Part shown: positions 36,559 through 45,300 of the stretch, piece by piece
Layout: every line of letters begins with the position of its first letter
Numbering within the stretch: position 1 is the stretch's first letter
Assembly (NCBI GenBank): GCA_964645585.1
Contig: CAZYAN010000007.1
Span: forward strand, 6,297-70,296
Length of the DNA: 64,000 nt
Source: an uncultured Opitutales bacterium
GTDB lineage: Bacteria > Verrucomicrobiota > Verrucomicrobiia > Opitutales > T3Sed10-336
Direction: 5' to 3'
The notes under the pieces: generated by a model
Database searches by the model: none
What the model was told of the DNA's origin: nothing
The model's input: the letters and a program-made list of their open reading frames with translations, nothing else
Translations under genes and position numbers: made by a program

Positions 36559-39500
36559 TCACTCGACCACCTCGACTCGCAGTCGCAGGAAACGCTGGCC
36601 GCCGCCCTCGTCGAGCGTCACTCCGTCCCGCGCGACGACCGTCTCCAAATTGCCATTTGCCGTTACGTCAATGCTTCCGCCGCCCGATTCGATCGGTTTC
36701 CAGTCAATCAAGTTTGATGAAGCCTCGACGATATAGAAAACGTCTTGCCTGCTCGTTGGCCGAATGTATTCCAACGCCAAGAAGGGCTGAGGTTCCCACA
36801 GCACCTCCATACGCGGTGTATGACCAATCGAGTCAGGACCGTCGATCCCGAGGGCGTAGCGCAGAAGATTCGGCAATCCCGTTCCATCCGGATCGGCATC
36901 GGGGCCGCTTACGTCAGGATCGACGGTTTGTTCAGGCGAATACCGCTGAGCCACCCACGTTGCATAGTTTGCCGGATCCGACACAGTCACGGTGCCGTTC
37001 TCCCCGACAGCCGCAAAACGGGTTCCATCAAATACGACATCCAGCAAGGCAGGCGGGACGGGCGAACCCGTGCCGAGGTCAACCCGGGATGAAGTCCAGT
37101 CCACTCCATTCGCGGAGACCGCGACTTCTCCCCAGGTTCCGACGGCGACCCATGATCCGCCCCCAAAGGCAACGCCGTGCAGAATGCTCGGAATATTTGT
37201 TCCGCTAAGAGTCCAATTAATGCCGTCCGTCGAGGTCAGGATGCGCGCGCTGTCGCTTCCCTCGGCCCAGCGGCCGCCTGCCGCTACGAACCGCCCGTTC
37301 GCATAGGTGACGTCGTATAGCGGCGCGGAGGTTCCCGCTGCTTGAGGGGTCCAATGCTCGCCGTCGATCGAAGTCAAAATGGTGCCGTTGTCACCGACGG
37401 CAACAAATTGAACTCCGCCTCCCCCGCCCGGGCGATGGGCGACAGCGTTCAGGTTCTCCGCCGTGCCGGACGCGCGATTCTCCCAGACGATTCCTAGAGC
37501 GTCCGGATTCGAACTGTCGCGGGAAATGCGGATGACTCCCGCCCGTCCCACGGCAACAAAGAGTTTTCGTCCGGAAGCTTCACCATACGTGACCCCGAGG
37601 AGCCGGCGAGGTGTTCCCGATGGCACAGCTTGCCAGCTCAGGCCATCGTCATCGCTATAGACGATCCTCGCGTGATTATCGTCACCCGTCGCGATATCCC
37701 CGACCGCGATGGTGATGCCATCGCCATACGCCACGGAGCGCAAGGACTCCTCCGAAGCGGAACCGCCGCCGGACCAGTCAAAGCCGTCGCTCGAGCGTCG
37801 GACAGCCCCGGCGTCACCGACCGCAACGAGGCGGGACCCGGCCTTGGTGACCCCGTTCAAATCAAATGCTCCCGCTGCTTGCGGTTGCCAGATAAACTCC
37901 TGCGGGATTGGCGCCGGAACGACGAGAACGGCAACGGCGGGCACCGGCAGATATTCCAGAACTTCCGCGTCCCACACCCGAGCCGTGATCGTATGGAGAC
38001 CGAGTGTTGAAGGCGTCCATTGCACCGCATAAGGCGCGTTCAGATCGGTCGCAAGGAAGGTTCCATCGACGGCAAATTCCACCCAGCCGATCGATACCGC
38101 CCCCGCGACAACTTCCAGCTCTATCGAGGTGGGCTGGTCGAGATCGACGCTTTCCGATACATCGAGCCGGAAAACCGCTCGCCCAACGTCCACGCGCCGC
38201 GAATCGGAAACATCGAAGTTCCCCGCCGCGTCAGTACCAACCGCGTACAAGGTCCAGATGCCCGGTGACGGCAGCTGGCCTTCCCACATCCAGCGTTTCC
38301 CTGGCTGGAAATCGCCCACGAGCATGGTCATCGGTCCGATCGGTTCTCCATTCCCGAACAAGACAACACCCTGCATCGGAGGAATCGGATCCAGGATTTC
38401 CACCTCCACCCGAACCGTCTCCGTGAGAGACATCGCGGATTTGCTCGCGGAAAAATTCACCAGTTGCGGACGGTCGGAGGCGGCGGGCGCGACGCTGATC
38501 ACCACTGGATCGGACCGCCCGATGTTGCCATTTTCGTCGCGCGCGACCGCTGTGACCGAATAGGCACCCGGCGGAACACGAGGAACAAAAGGCGCCGCCG
38601 CGCCGAGTGCCGCAAGGTCGTTCAGGTCGAACTCGATCTGAAAGAACTCTTGCCCTGACACCCCTCGCACCGCTCCCATAGAGAGACCTAATCCGGTCCC
38701 CCCTGCTGGGTCCATGAAGAACTCGACGGTATGAATCTCGCTTTCAAGCGAGGTCGCGTGTGCGACGAAGGGCCATTCAGACCGGTTCGTTAGCTGGAAA
38801 CCAGACGCGGGATCAATGATCCTGACAACTGGATTCACTCCCGCACTTGTTGCCGCGGCGGTAACGCGCGTCACATTCGACAGCCGTGACCGAAGATCGT
38901 TTGAATCGACCGCGATCGCCGCGATTGTGTACGTCTTGGGGTTCGGATTCCCCGGAAGGACGGGTATAGTCCAATTCAGGATATACTGGCCCCAGAAGTC
39001 CACCTGCCCCGCGGGAACGACCCCCGCAAGCTCGTTGTTTACGTAAAACTCAACCCTCTGGATGCTTCCGACAGTGGTGCTTGCCCGGGCGGCCAGCTGC
39101 ATCCGCTGGCCCGCAACAGCCTTCAGGGTGTCAGGCATGAGCAGCGAAACTATTGGCAGATCTTCCGGGAAAGTGAGGCCCCTCTTTAGATCGAACAGGT
39201 AAATATCAGTATTCGTGCCGTTCGTCGCCGAGTATATATAATTGGTCGCCCCGAAAATCAGGCCATGGTGTCCTTTTCCGTCACTGCTGAACGCGATAAA
39301 GCGGCCGTCCGGACTGATGGCCGGGCGCCGGCTCACGGTCGGATAGCTGCTCACCGTGCCAGCCTGATAAGTGAACGGATTGGTTCCGAAACCAAAACTG
39401 CTCACGGAGGCTCGATGAATCACAGGCGCCTGGAGGTCGTCGGTAAACTCATAAAGGTAAACATCGGCGGCGCCATTGTGGTCCTCGTAATTGTATACCT

Positions 39501-42240
39501 CGGCCGACAAGGATACGGTGAGGTCCAAGTTGTGAACCGGAATCGGCGGCAGAAGATTGCTTGCTTCGCTGGTATACGCGATCAGCTGTCCGTCATCCGA
39601 GATGCTTGGCTCATAAGAACCGAGATCGAGTGCAAACTCGGATAACTCGGGGAACATCGGGCCCGGCTCTGTGCCCAGCGCCGTGTTTAAACGCGCGATC
39701 TGCGTAACTTCGCCACCCGCGATGCGGGCACGAAACACGTGCGGAATCGGTATTTCATATGTGTCCATCTCCGGATCCGTCATATTTTGCGCCCGCGAGG
39801 CGAAGGCGATATAGGATCCGTCTCCGCTGATCGCCGGGTACCCGCTATGGTTGTCACCGAAAATCGACGGGGCGCCAAAGGCGATAGAAACCACGACAAA
39901 CTCTTCTTTGCCGCGCTCCCAGCGAACGATCTGGTCAAACGGAGAGGAACCCCCGAGAATAGCAGGGTCGCGGGTAACAAAGGTCACGAAGTTTCCGTCA
40001 CTGGAAATCCGGGGCGTCGACGACGGCCAGATCGAGGGTTCGCCCCCGGCCTTGCTCACAAGAGTGATGGCCGTATTTCCCGGCAGATCGAATATTTTCG
40101 TATCCGCGACATCGCGATCGATCAGAAAAACCCGCCGAACCCCTGGAGACAGCGGTTCTCCCTCCATGAGGTTTGTCGCGGTCGATTCAAACACGACGAA
40201 CCGGCCGTCCGCGCTGATGCGAGGCAGCTGACTCCCGTGGTTGGGCTCCGCGCCGGTGCGAGGGTTCAGAGAGAGCCGGGTCGTTGTTCCCTCCTGCCGG
40301 TCGCGGACAAAGATATCTGAGTAGCCGTTGCTGTCGTTAGCCACCAGGTTGCTCGCGTTTGACTGGAAGACAATATAGCGTCCATCCGCCGAAATCGCGG
40401 GATTCGCACTGTGACCATTTGCCGGACCGGCCAGGCCTACAGAAACCAGACTTGTAGCCTCGCCGACCACGTTTCGGAGGAAGATATTGCGGACATTGGA
40501 ATCAACTCCGTTCGCAAGCTCGCCAAAACTGTCGAATGCCACGTACCGGCCGTCCGCCGAAACAACGGCGTTATCGCTCGGCCCGTCCGATTCGTCTCCG
40601 TCGCTGGAGAGACTTGCACGAACGGTTTCGGTTCCCTGATGAGGCAGAATCGTCAAGCGCTGGCCAACCGTGGCGACCGTCGTATTGTTGCCCCAAACCG
40701 ATTCGTCGCGGCCTTCAGGCTCGAAACCCGTGCCATCGGGCCCGCCCGCGGAATTGATCCGGGCGAGAAGGTAATAGGTGCCTTCAAAATTCTGCGGGAG
40801 CATCATCGCGCCTTCCACATCGATCTGCTGACCGGGAAGGAGCCGGTTGCTCAAACCGTTTCCGGAATACGACTGTTCCCAGACCAGAAAGTCGTCTTCG
40901 TTTCCATATTCAGGATCGGCGGAAAGGTGAATTTGCAGTTTGTATCGCTGATTATGCGCGACGGACGATGCTGGATTCTCCGTGTTTATATGCACCGTGT
41001 TATTCGCGAACGCCGCACGAAATTGAATCGCGTCTCCGCCGCGGTACGTTCCGTTCGGATAAATAATTCCGCGTATGGCAAGATCGGGAGTTGTATCGAT
41101 AGTGAAATCAAGATCCTCCTGTTCCTCCGTGCTGTAGCCAGGAAGGATCTCGAGCCTGTAGGCGGCGCCATTCCCCATTAAATTTTGGGGGAACTGAAAG
41201 CTGGTGAACAAGTCACCGGAGTCCTCATCTCCAGCCAAGCCCGGATGCTGCTCGATCCACTCGAGAATGATCCTGTCATTGTTGCCTCGATCCACCAGTC
41301 GAAAGAGCGTGTCAATCGGAGCCGGCGGCGGCGCATCATCCTCATCCTCCTCGTTGTTCAAGCGATAACGCACGCGGCGGGTGGAACCAGGGAATTCCGG
41401 TGCGCTCCCGACTAACTCAACGCGATCAATGCTGATTTCCGCCGAGTTTGTCCCCGCCGGAATGATCGAAAAGGGTACGGAAGCTTCCGTAAACGTCTCT
41501 CCGTCCAGGGATGCCAAAATAATTTCATCATCCCCGATATCGATGAATGTCAGCTGAGCTGACTGTGGATTCTGGTGCATGTAGTCACTTATGCCGCCGA
41601 AGCCTATTTCAACCGCCGTCGGCTCAAGAAGACCGTTTGATGATTCCAAGAGGACGAATCCGCGAAAACCGGCAGCCACCGTCACAAGGTCGGCATTAAG
41701 AGCGCTCACGCGCGCCATGACTGGGCGGTTAACCAAGATGTCGTGTGCCGACAGCGCCTGGTCGCCACCGACATAGGTCACTCGGAAACCAGCGGGATCG
41801 ATGGAAAAATATCCAGAGGCATTGTCCGTTACGAGGTTTCCATCGGTCACGCGAAACCGCATGATCCCGGTTCCCGCGTAAAACGGAATCACCTCGACAA
41901 ACTCCGCGACGCCATCGAGGAATTGGTCGGCCGGCACGTCCACCGTCACGACCTGGCCGAACTGTCCGTGGAGTTCCAGTGTCACGTCGCGATTGAACGC
42001 CGTGTACGGCTCGTCAATTGGCGCACCTGCCTCGAAGACCGCGACCCGCACCTCGAACGGCTGCCCCGCGACGATCGGCACCGGAGACTCGCTCAACGGA
42101 TCATTGGTGCCTCCCTGGGTGACGCGAAAGTGATGCGTCTGTCCGACAGCCGTACTCGTTGTCACGAGGCCAAGTAGAGGAACAACAGCCCGGAGCAATG
42201 CTTTTCGAAAGGAAATTCGAAGTAGGTTTCGTAAAAACAT
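36559..42240 (-). CDS. 1893-aa secreted giant protein. Order: Ig-like and CARDB-like domains, an extended PD40/TolB-like repeat array, three Ig-like domains, a ~7-blade beta-propeller, then the shared CTD.
   Basis: Signal peptide LLRAVVPLLGLVTTSTAVG. PD40 motifs VSADGRYVAFDS, ISADGRYIVFQSNASNLVANDSNGYSDIFVRD and ISADGRFVVFESTATNL. Propeller blades such as FVAVGDNGTILTSIDGEHW. The CTD reads LPNLLRYALGID...ASSNLIDW...QRFLRLRVEVVE. Confidence 0.9.
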   Translation of the reverse strand: MFLRNLLRISFRKALLRAVVPLLGLVTTSTAVGQTHHFRVTQGGTNDPLSESPVPIVAGQPFEVRVAVFEAGAPIDEPYTAFNRDVTLELHGQFGQVVTVDVPADQFLDGVAEFVEVIPFYAGTGIMRFRVTDGNLVTDNASGYFSIDPAGFRVTYVGGDQALSAHDILVNRPVMARVSALNADLVTVAAGFRGFVLLESSNGLLEPTAVEIGFGGISDYMHQNPQSAQLTFIDIGDDEIILASLDGETFTEASVPFSIIPAGTNSAEISIDRVELVGSAPEFPGSTRRVRYRLNNEEDEDDAPPPAPIDTLFRLVDRGNNDRIILEWIEQHPGLAGDEDSGDLFTSFQFPQNLMGNGAAYRLEILPGYSTEEQEDLDFTIDTTPDLAIRGIIYPNGTYRGGDAIQFRAAFANNTVHINTENPASSVAHNQRYKLQIHLSADPEYGNEDDFLVWEQSYSGNGLSNRLLPGQQIDVEGAMMLPQNFEGTYYLLARINSAGGPDGTGFEPEGRDESVWGNNTTVATVGQRLTILPHQGTETVRASLSSDGDESDGPSDNAVVSADGRYVAFDSFGELANGVDSNVRNIFLRNVVGEATSLVSVGLAGPANGHSANPAISADGRYIVFQSNASNLVANDSNGYSDIFVRDRQEGTTTRLSLNPRTGAEPNHGSQLPRISADGRFVVFESTATNLMEGEPLSPGVRRVFLIDRDVADTKIFDLPGNTAITLVSKAGGEPSIWPSSTPRISSDGNFVTFVTRDPAILGGSSPFDQIVRWERGKEEFVVVSIAFGAPSIFGDNHSGYPAISGDGSYIAFASRAQNMTDPEMDTYEIPIPHVFRARIAGGEVTQIARLNTALGTEPGPMFPELSEFALDLGSYEPSISDDGQLIAYTSEASNLLPPIPVHNLDLTVSLSAEVYNYEDHNGAADVYLYEFTDDLQAPVIHRASVSSFGFGTNPFTYQAGTVSSYPTVSRRPAISPDGRFIAFSSDGKGHHGLIFGATNYIYSATNGTNTDIYLFDLKRGLTFPEDLPIVSLLMPDTLKAVAGQRMQLAARASTTVGSIQRVEFYVNNELAGVVPAGQVDFWGQYILNWTIPVLPGNPNPKTYTIAAIAVDSNDLRSRLSNVTRVTAAATSAGVNPVVRIIDPASGFQLTNRSEWPFVAHATSLESEIHTVEFFMDPAGGTGLGLSMGAVRGVSGQEFFQIEFDLNDLAALGAAAPFVPRVPPGAYSVTAVARDENGNIGRSDPVVISVAPAASDRPQLVNFSASKSAMSLTETVRVEVEILDPIPPMQGVVLFGNGEPIGPMTMLVGDFQPGKRWMWEGQLPSPGIWTLYAVGTDAAGNFDVSDSRRVDVGRAVFRLDVSESVDLDQPTSIELEVVAGAVSIGWVEFAVDGTFLATDLNAPYAVQWTPSTLGLHTITARVWDAEVLEYLPVPAVAVLVVPAPIPQEFIWQPQAAGAFDLNGVTKAGSRLVAVGDAGAVRRSSDGFDWSGGGSASEESLRSVAYGDGITIAVGDIATGDDNHARIVYSDDDGLSWQAVPSGTPRRLLGVTYGEASGRKLFVAVGRAGVIRISRDSSNPDALGIVWENRASGTAENLNAVAHRPGGGGGVQFVAVGDNGTILTSIDGEHWTPQAAGTSAPLYDVTYANGRFVAAGGRWAEGSDSARILTSTDGINWTLSGTNIPSILHGVAFGGGSWVAVGTWGEVAVSANGVDWTSSRVDLGTGSPVPPALLDVVFDGTRFAAVGENGTVTVSDPANYATWVAQRYSPEQTVDPDVSGPDADPDGTGLPNLLRYALGIDGPDSIGHTPRMEVLWEPQPFLALEYIRPTSRQDVFYIVEASSNLIDWKPIESGGGSIDVTANGNLETVVARDGVTLDEGGGQRFLRLRVEVVE

Positions 42241-42314
42241 AGATGGTTATGGTGTGAGAGACTTTTCTGTCGGTTCTTATTACTGAATTTTTAAATGGTG
42301 GGGATTGCGAGGAG

Positions 42315-45300
42315 TCACTGCGGCCCGGTCAGATCGATCTTAAGGCGGATGAAGCGACGGGCGGCGGCGGGCTCGTGCCGATCGTCGACTGTCACCTCCC
42401 GGAAGTTCTCCTCCTCGACCAGCGCGACAACCGCCTCCTCGCCGAGCGGGGTCCAATCAACCAAATCGCTCGAGACTTGGGGCTTCACCTGAATGTCGTC
42501 CGGATGAAGGGATTGCCGATAGATCAATCCAAGCCGGTTGTCCGCCGTCCGGATCATTCTCGGAAGGGCTTCGATAGAAACCGGCTCCCGCGGATCGATG
42601 CCGAAAGCATAGCGCTCGAGGTTCGTCGTAGTACCATCAACGGCCGCTTCCGGCAGCACGCGGCCTGGATCCTCGATCTCGTTCGCGTTCAGCCCTCGGC
42701 CAACCCATTCACCGTAAGAGCTGGCGATCCCGCCGGGTTGTGTCGTCCAAACCTGTCCGGATTCGCCGAACGCGGTTAGCAGGCCCTCGTGATCAACAAC
42801 TCCAAAGAAGGCGAGCAGCGTTTCCGTGATCGACGAGGTCCAGCGAACACCGTCGTAGGAGCCGAGAATTGTCCCCCGGTCGCCCGTCACGATAAATGAC
42901 TGATCGACAAAGGCGGCACCGCGCAGGATCTCGCTCCGGCTCTGGGGCTGCCAGCTTTCCCCGTCAAAGGAAAGAAGAATAATTCCTTCGGTGACGTTAT
43001 CATGCACAACGCGTCCGCCCACAGCGACAAACGTGCCCTTTCCAAATGCAATCCCCCGCAAAGCGATCGTTGTCTGAGCTGATTGCGCCGTCCAATCGGT
43101 TCCATTCTCCGAGGTGAGAATCATTCCCGCCTGGCCCACCGCGATCCACCTGCCCAGGCCATAGCTCAGATCCCACAAGGTGTTGTTGGTATCCGGGGAA
43201 TTGGCCCGGTGCCAAACGGTTCCGTCGAGCGAATACAGGATGATTCCCTGATCGCCGACAGCGTGAAAGAGACCGTTATACCAGCGGACCGACCGCAGAT
43301 GACTGTTCGTACCGCTCGGAATTTCCTGCCACAGAATCCCGTCCGCGGACCAAGCAGCCTGACCGGCGTCGCCCACGGCCACATAAACTCCATTGCCGTA
43401 GGACAGTCCGCGAACCGTGAATGGAACCGGCTGATTTGCCCAATCGCCGGTTTCCGCGTCAAAGATCCAGATTCCTTCCACGCCACCGAATACCACACCA
43501 GCTTCGCCGCCAACGCCGGCGTAGAGATTGCCGGACCCGATTACGGCAGAATCGGTCGCCTCCATCGGCGTTCTCCCGATAACCTCAGCGTAACCTCTGC
43601 CGACCGCTTCATTTCCGGCGCCATCCATTGCCCGAACCTCCACAGAATGTTTCCCTGGTATGTTCAGGAAGTGCTTGAATGCCTGACCGAAGCCGATGGC
43701 ACCATCCAAGGGGGCTCCGTTGATCCTGTATTGCACCTCAACTGCCTCCCACGAGGTCGCGTTTGTCTGAGCTTCGACCGTGATCTCACCGCTCGACAAC
43801 AGGATCCGCGGTTCAACCTGAACCAAGATCACCGGCTCTTGCACAGACACCGGGATCAGTCGCGACGCGACGGTGCCGCTTTCTCCAGTCACCGCAGCCC
43901 GAAATTCATACGTCCCCGGATGCACCGGGTTCCACGCGGCTGTGAACGGCGCTTCATCGACTCTCGAAAATACCTCGCCATTCAGCCAGTATTCGACGCC
44001 AGAAATCGTTTCATCAGACGATACCAGGAGATCCACGCTCTCCCCGAGGGTTATCGAAGGCGGTGACACAGTGAATTCAAAAAAGAATTCTTCCGCCTCC
44101 ACGACAGAGATCATCCGAGTTGTCGAAACTTCGATGCCGTCGACCATAGCCACAGCGCCGATTTCGTATTCGCCGGGCACCATTGGCCTCCACACGACTG
44201 GCTCGGCGGCATCGGCGGGCTCCTCGAGCACCTCGCCGTTGATCGAGTATTTAAGAGAAGTCACATAGTCGCCAGTGGTCGCGATCAACAGATCGGCAGC
44301 GCCGCCAAGAACAACCACTTCGGGTGTGACTTCGATATCGAATTCAGCCACTTCCCCGGAAAAGACCCGAACGTCAATCGACCGCGTTCGAATGAGGATT
44401 TCATCAGCATCAAACGCGGTCGCATAGACCTCAAACAGACCGCTCTCCTCCGGAATCCATGTCATCGCAAGGCTGGCATCCAGCATTCCAGCCGATTCCC
44501 CGCCAATAAAAATCTCGCCGGGCTCGAGCGGACCGTCGCCCTCGGCGCGCTGCACCGAAAAGTTAATCGGCTCGCCCAAAAACACCTCCGCCGGCTCTGC
44601 CGCCAATACGATCTCGGGCTCGACAAAACGAACCAGCACCGGATCGGAGTAAACGATGTTGCCCGCCTCATTTTTCACCGCGGAACGAAGCTCCATCCGG
44701 GCGTCTGGCCATCCCGTCGCCGGGATCGACAGCTCGTAGATTCCGTCGCCAACCTCTTCCGGTATTCCGACGGAGTCGCCGTCGAGCAAAAGATCGACAC
44801 TGGCAACAGGGCTCGCGGTCGCGTTCGCGCTCATCCGCACGGTCACCGTTCCTGCCGCCAGCAGCCGGACTTCGCCCTCAGGGTTCTCCGTGGAATATGG
44901 CGGTTCGGGACTGAGAACGCTGGTCGAAAGCTGACCCCGAGTGACGACCACATCAACATAAGCATTCGTTCCGGTTCCGCCCCGGCGAGCCGCTGTGAGA
45001 ATCAATTCGTTCTCCTGATCGACGTAGCTCTCACCGACACGCAGAGGAGCCTCCTCCGCCGACGACTCAGGCCACAAATCAGGGTTCAGATTGAGGAGAT
45101 GGCTTCCGCGGTCGGTTCCCGGAGCGTCGCCCCATTGAACAACCACCCCGTCCATCGCCCGCTCCGAGGATGTAAACAGCTGGCGGAAATCCACCCAATA
45201 GTCCTTTAGCGGCGGCAACATGCTGTGGTTCTCGGTCAGGATGCGCAGCGAATACACGCGGCCCGGAACCTTCGCCGCGCCGCCGTCCAGCCGGAACAGA

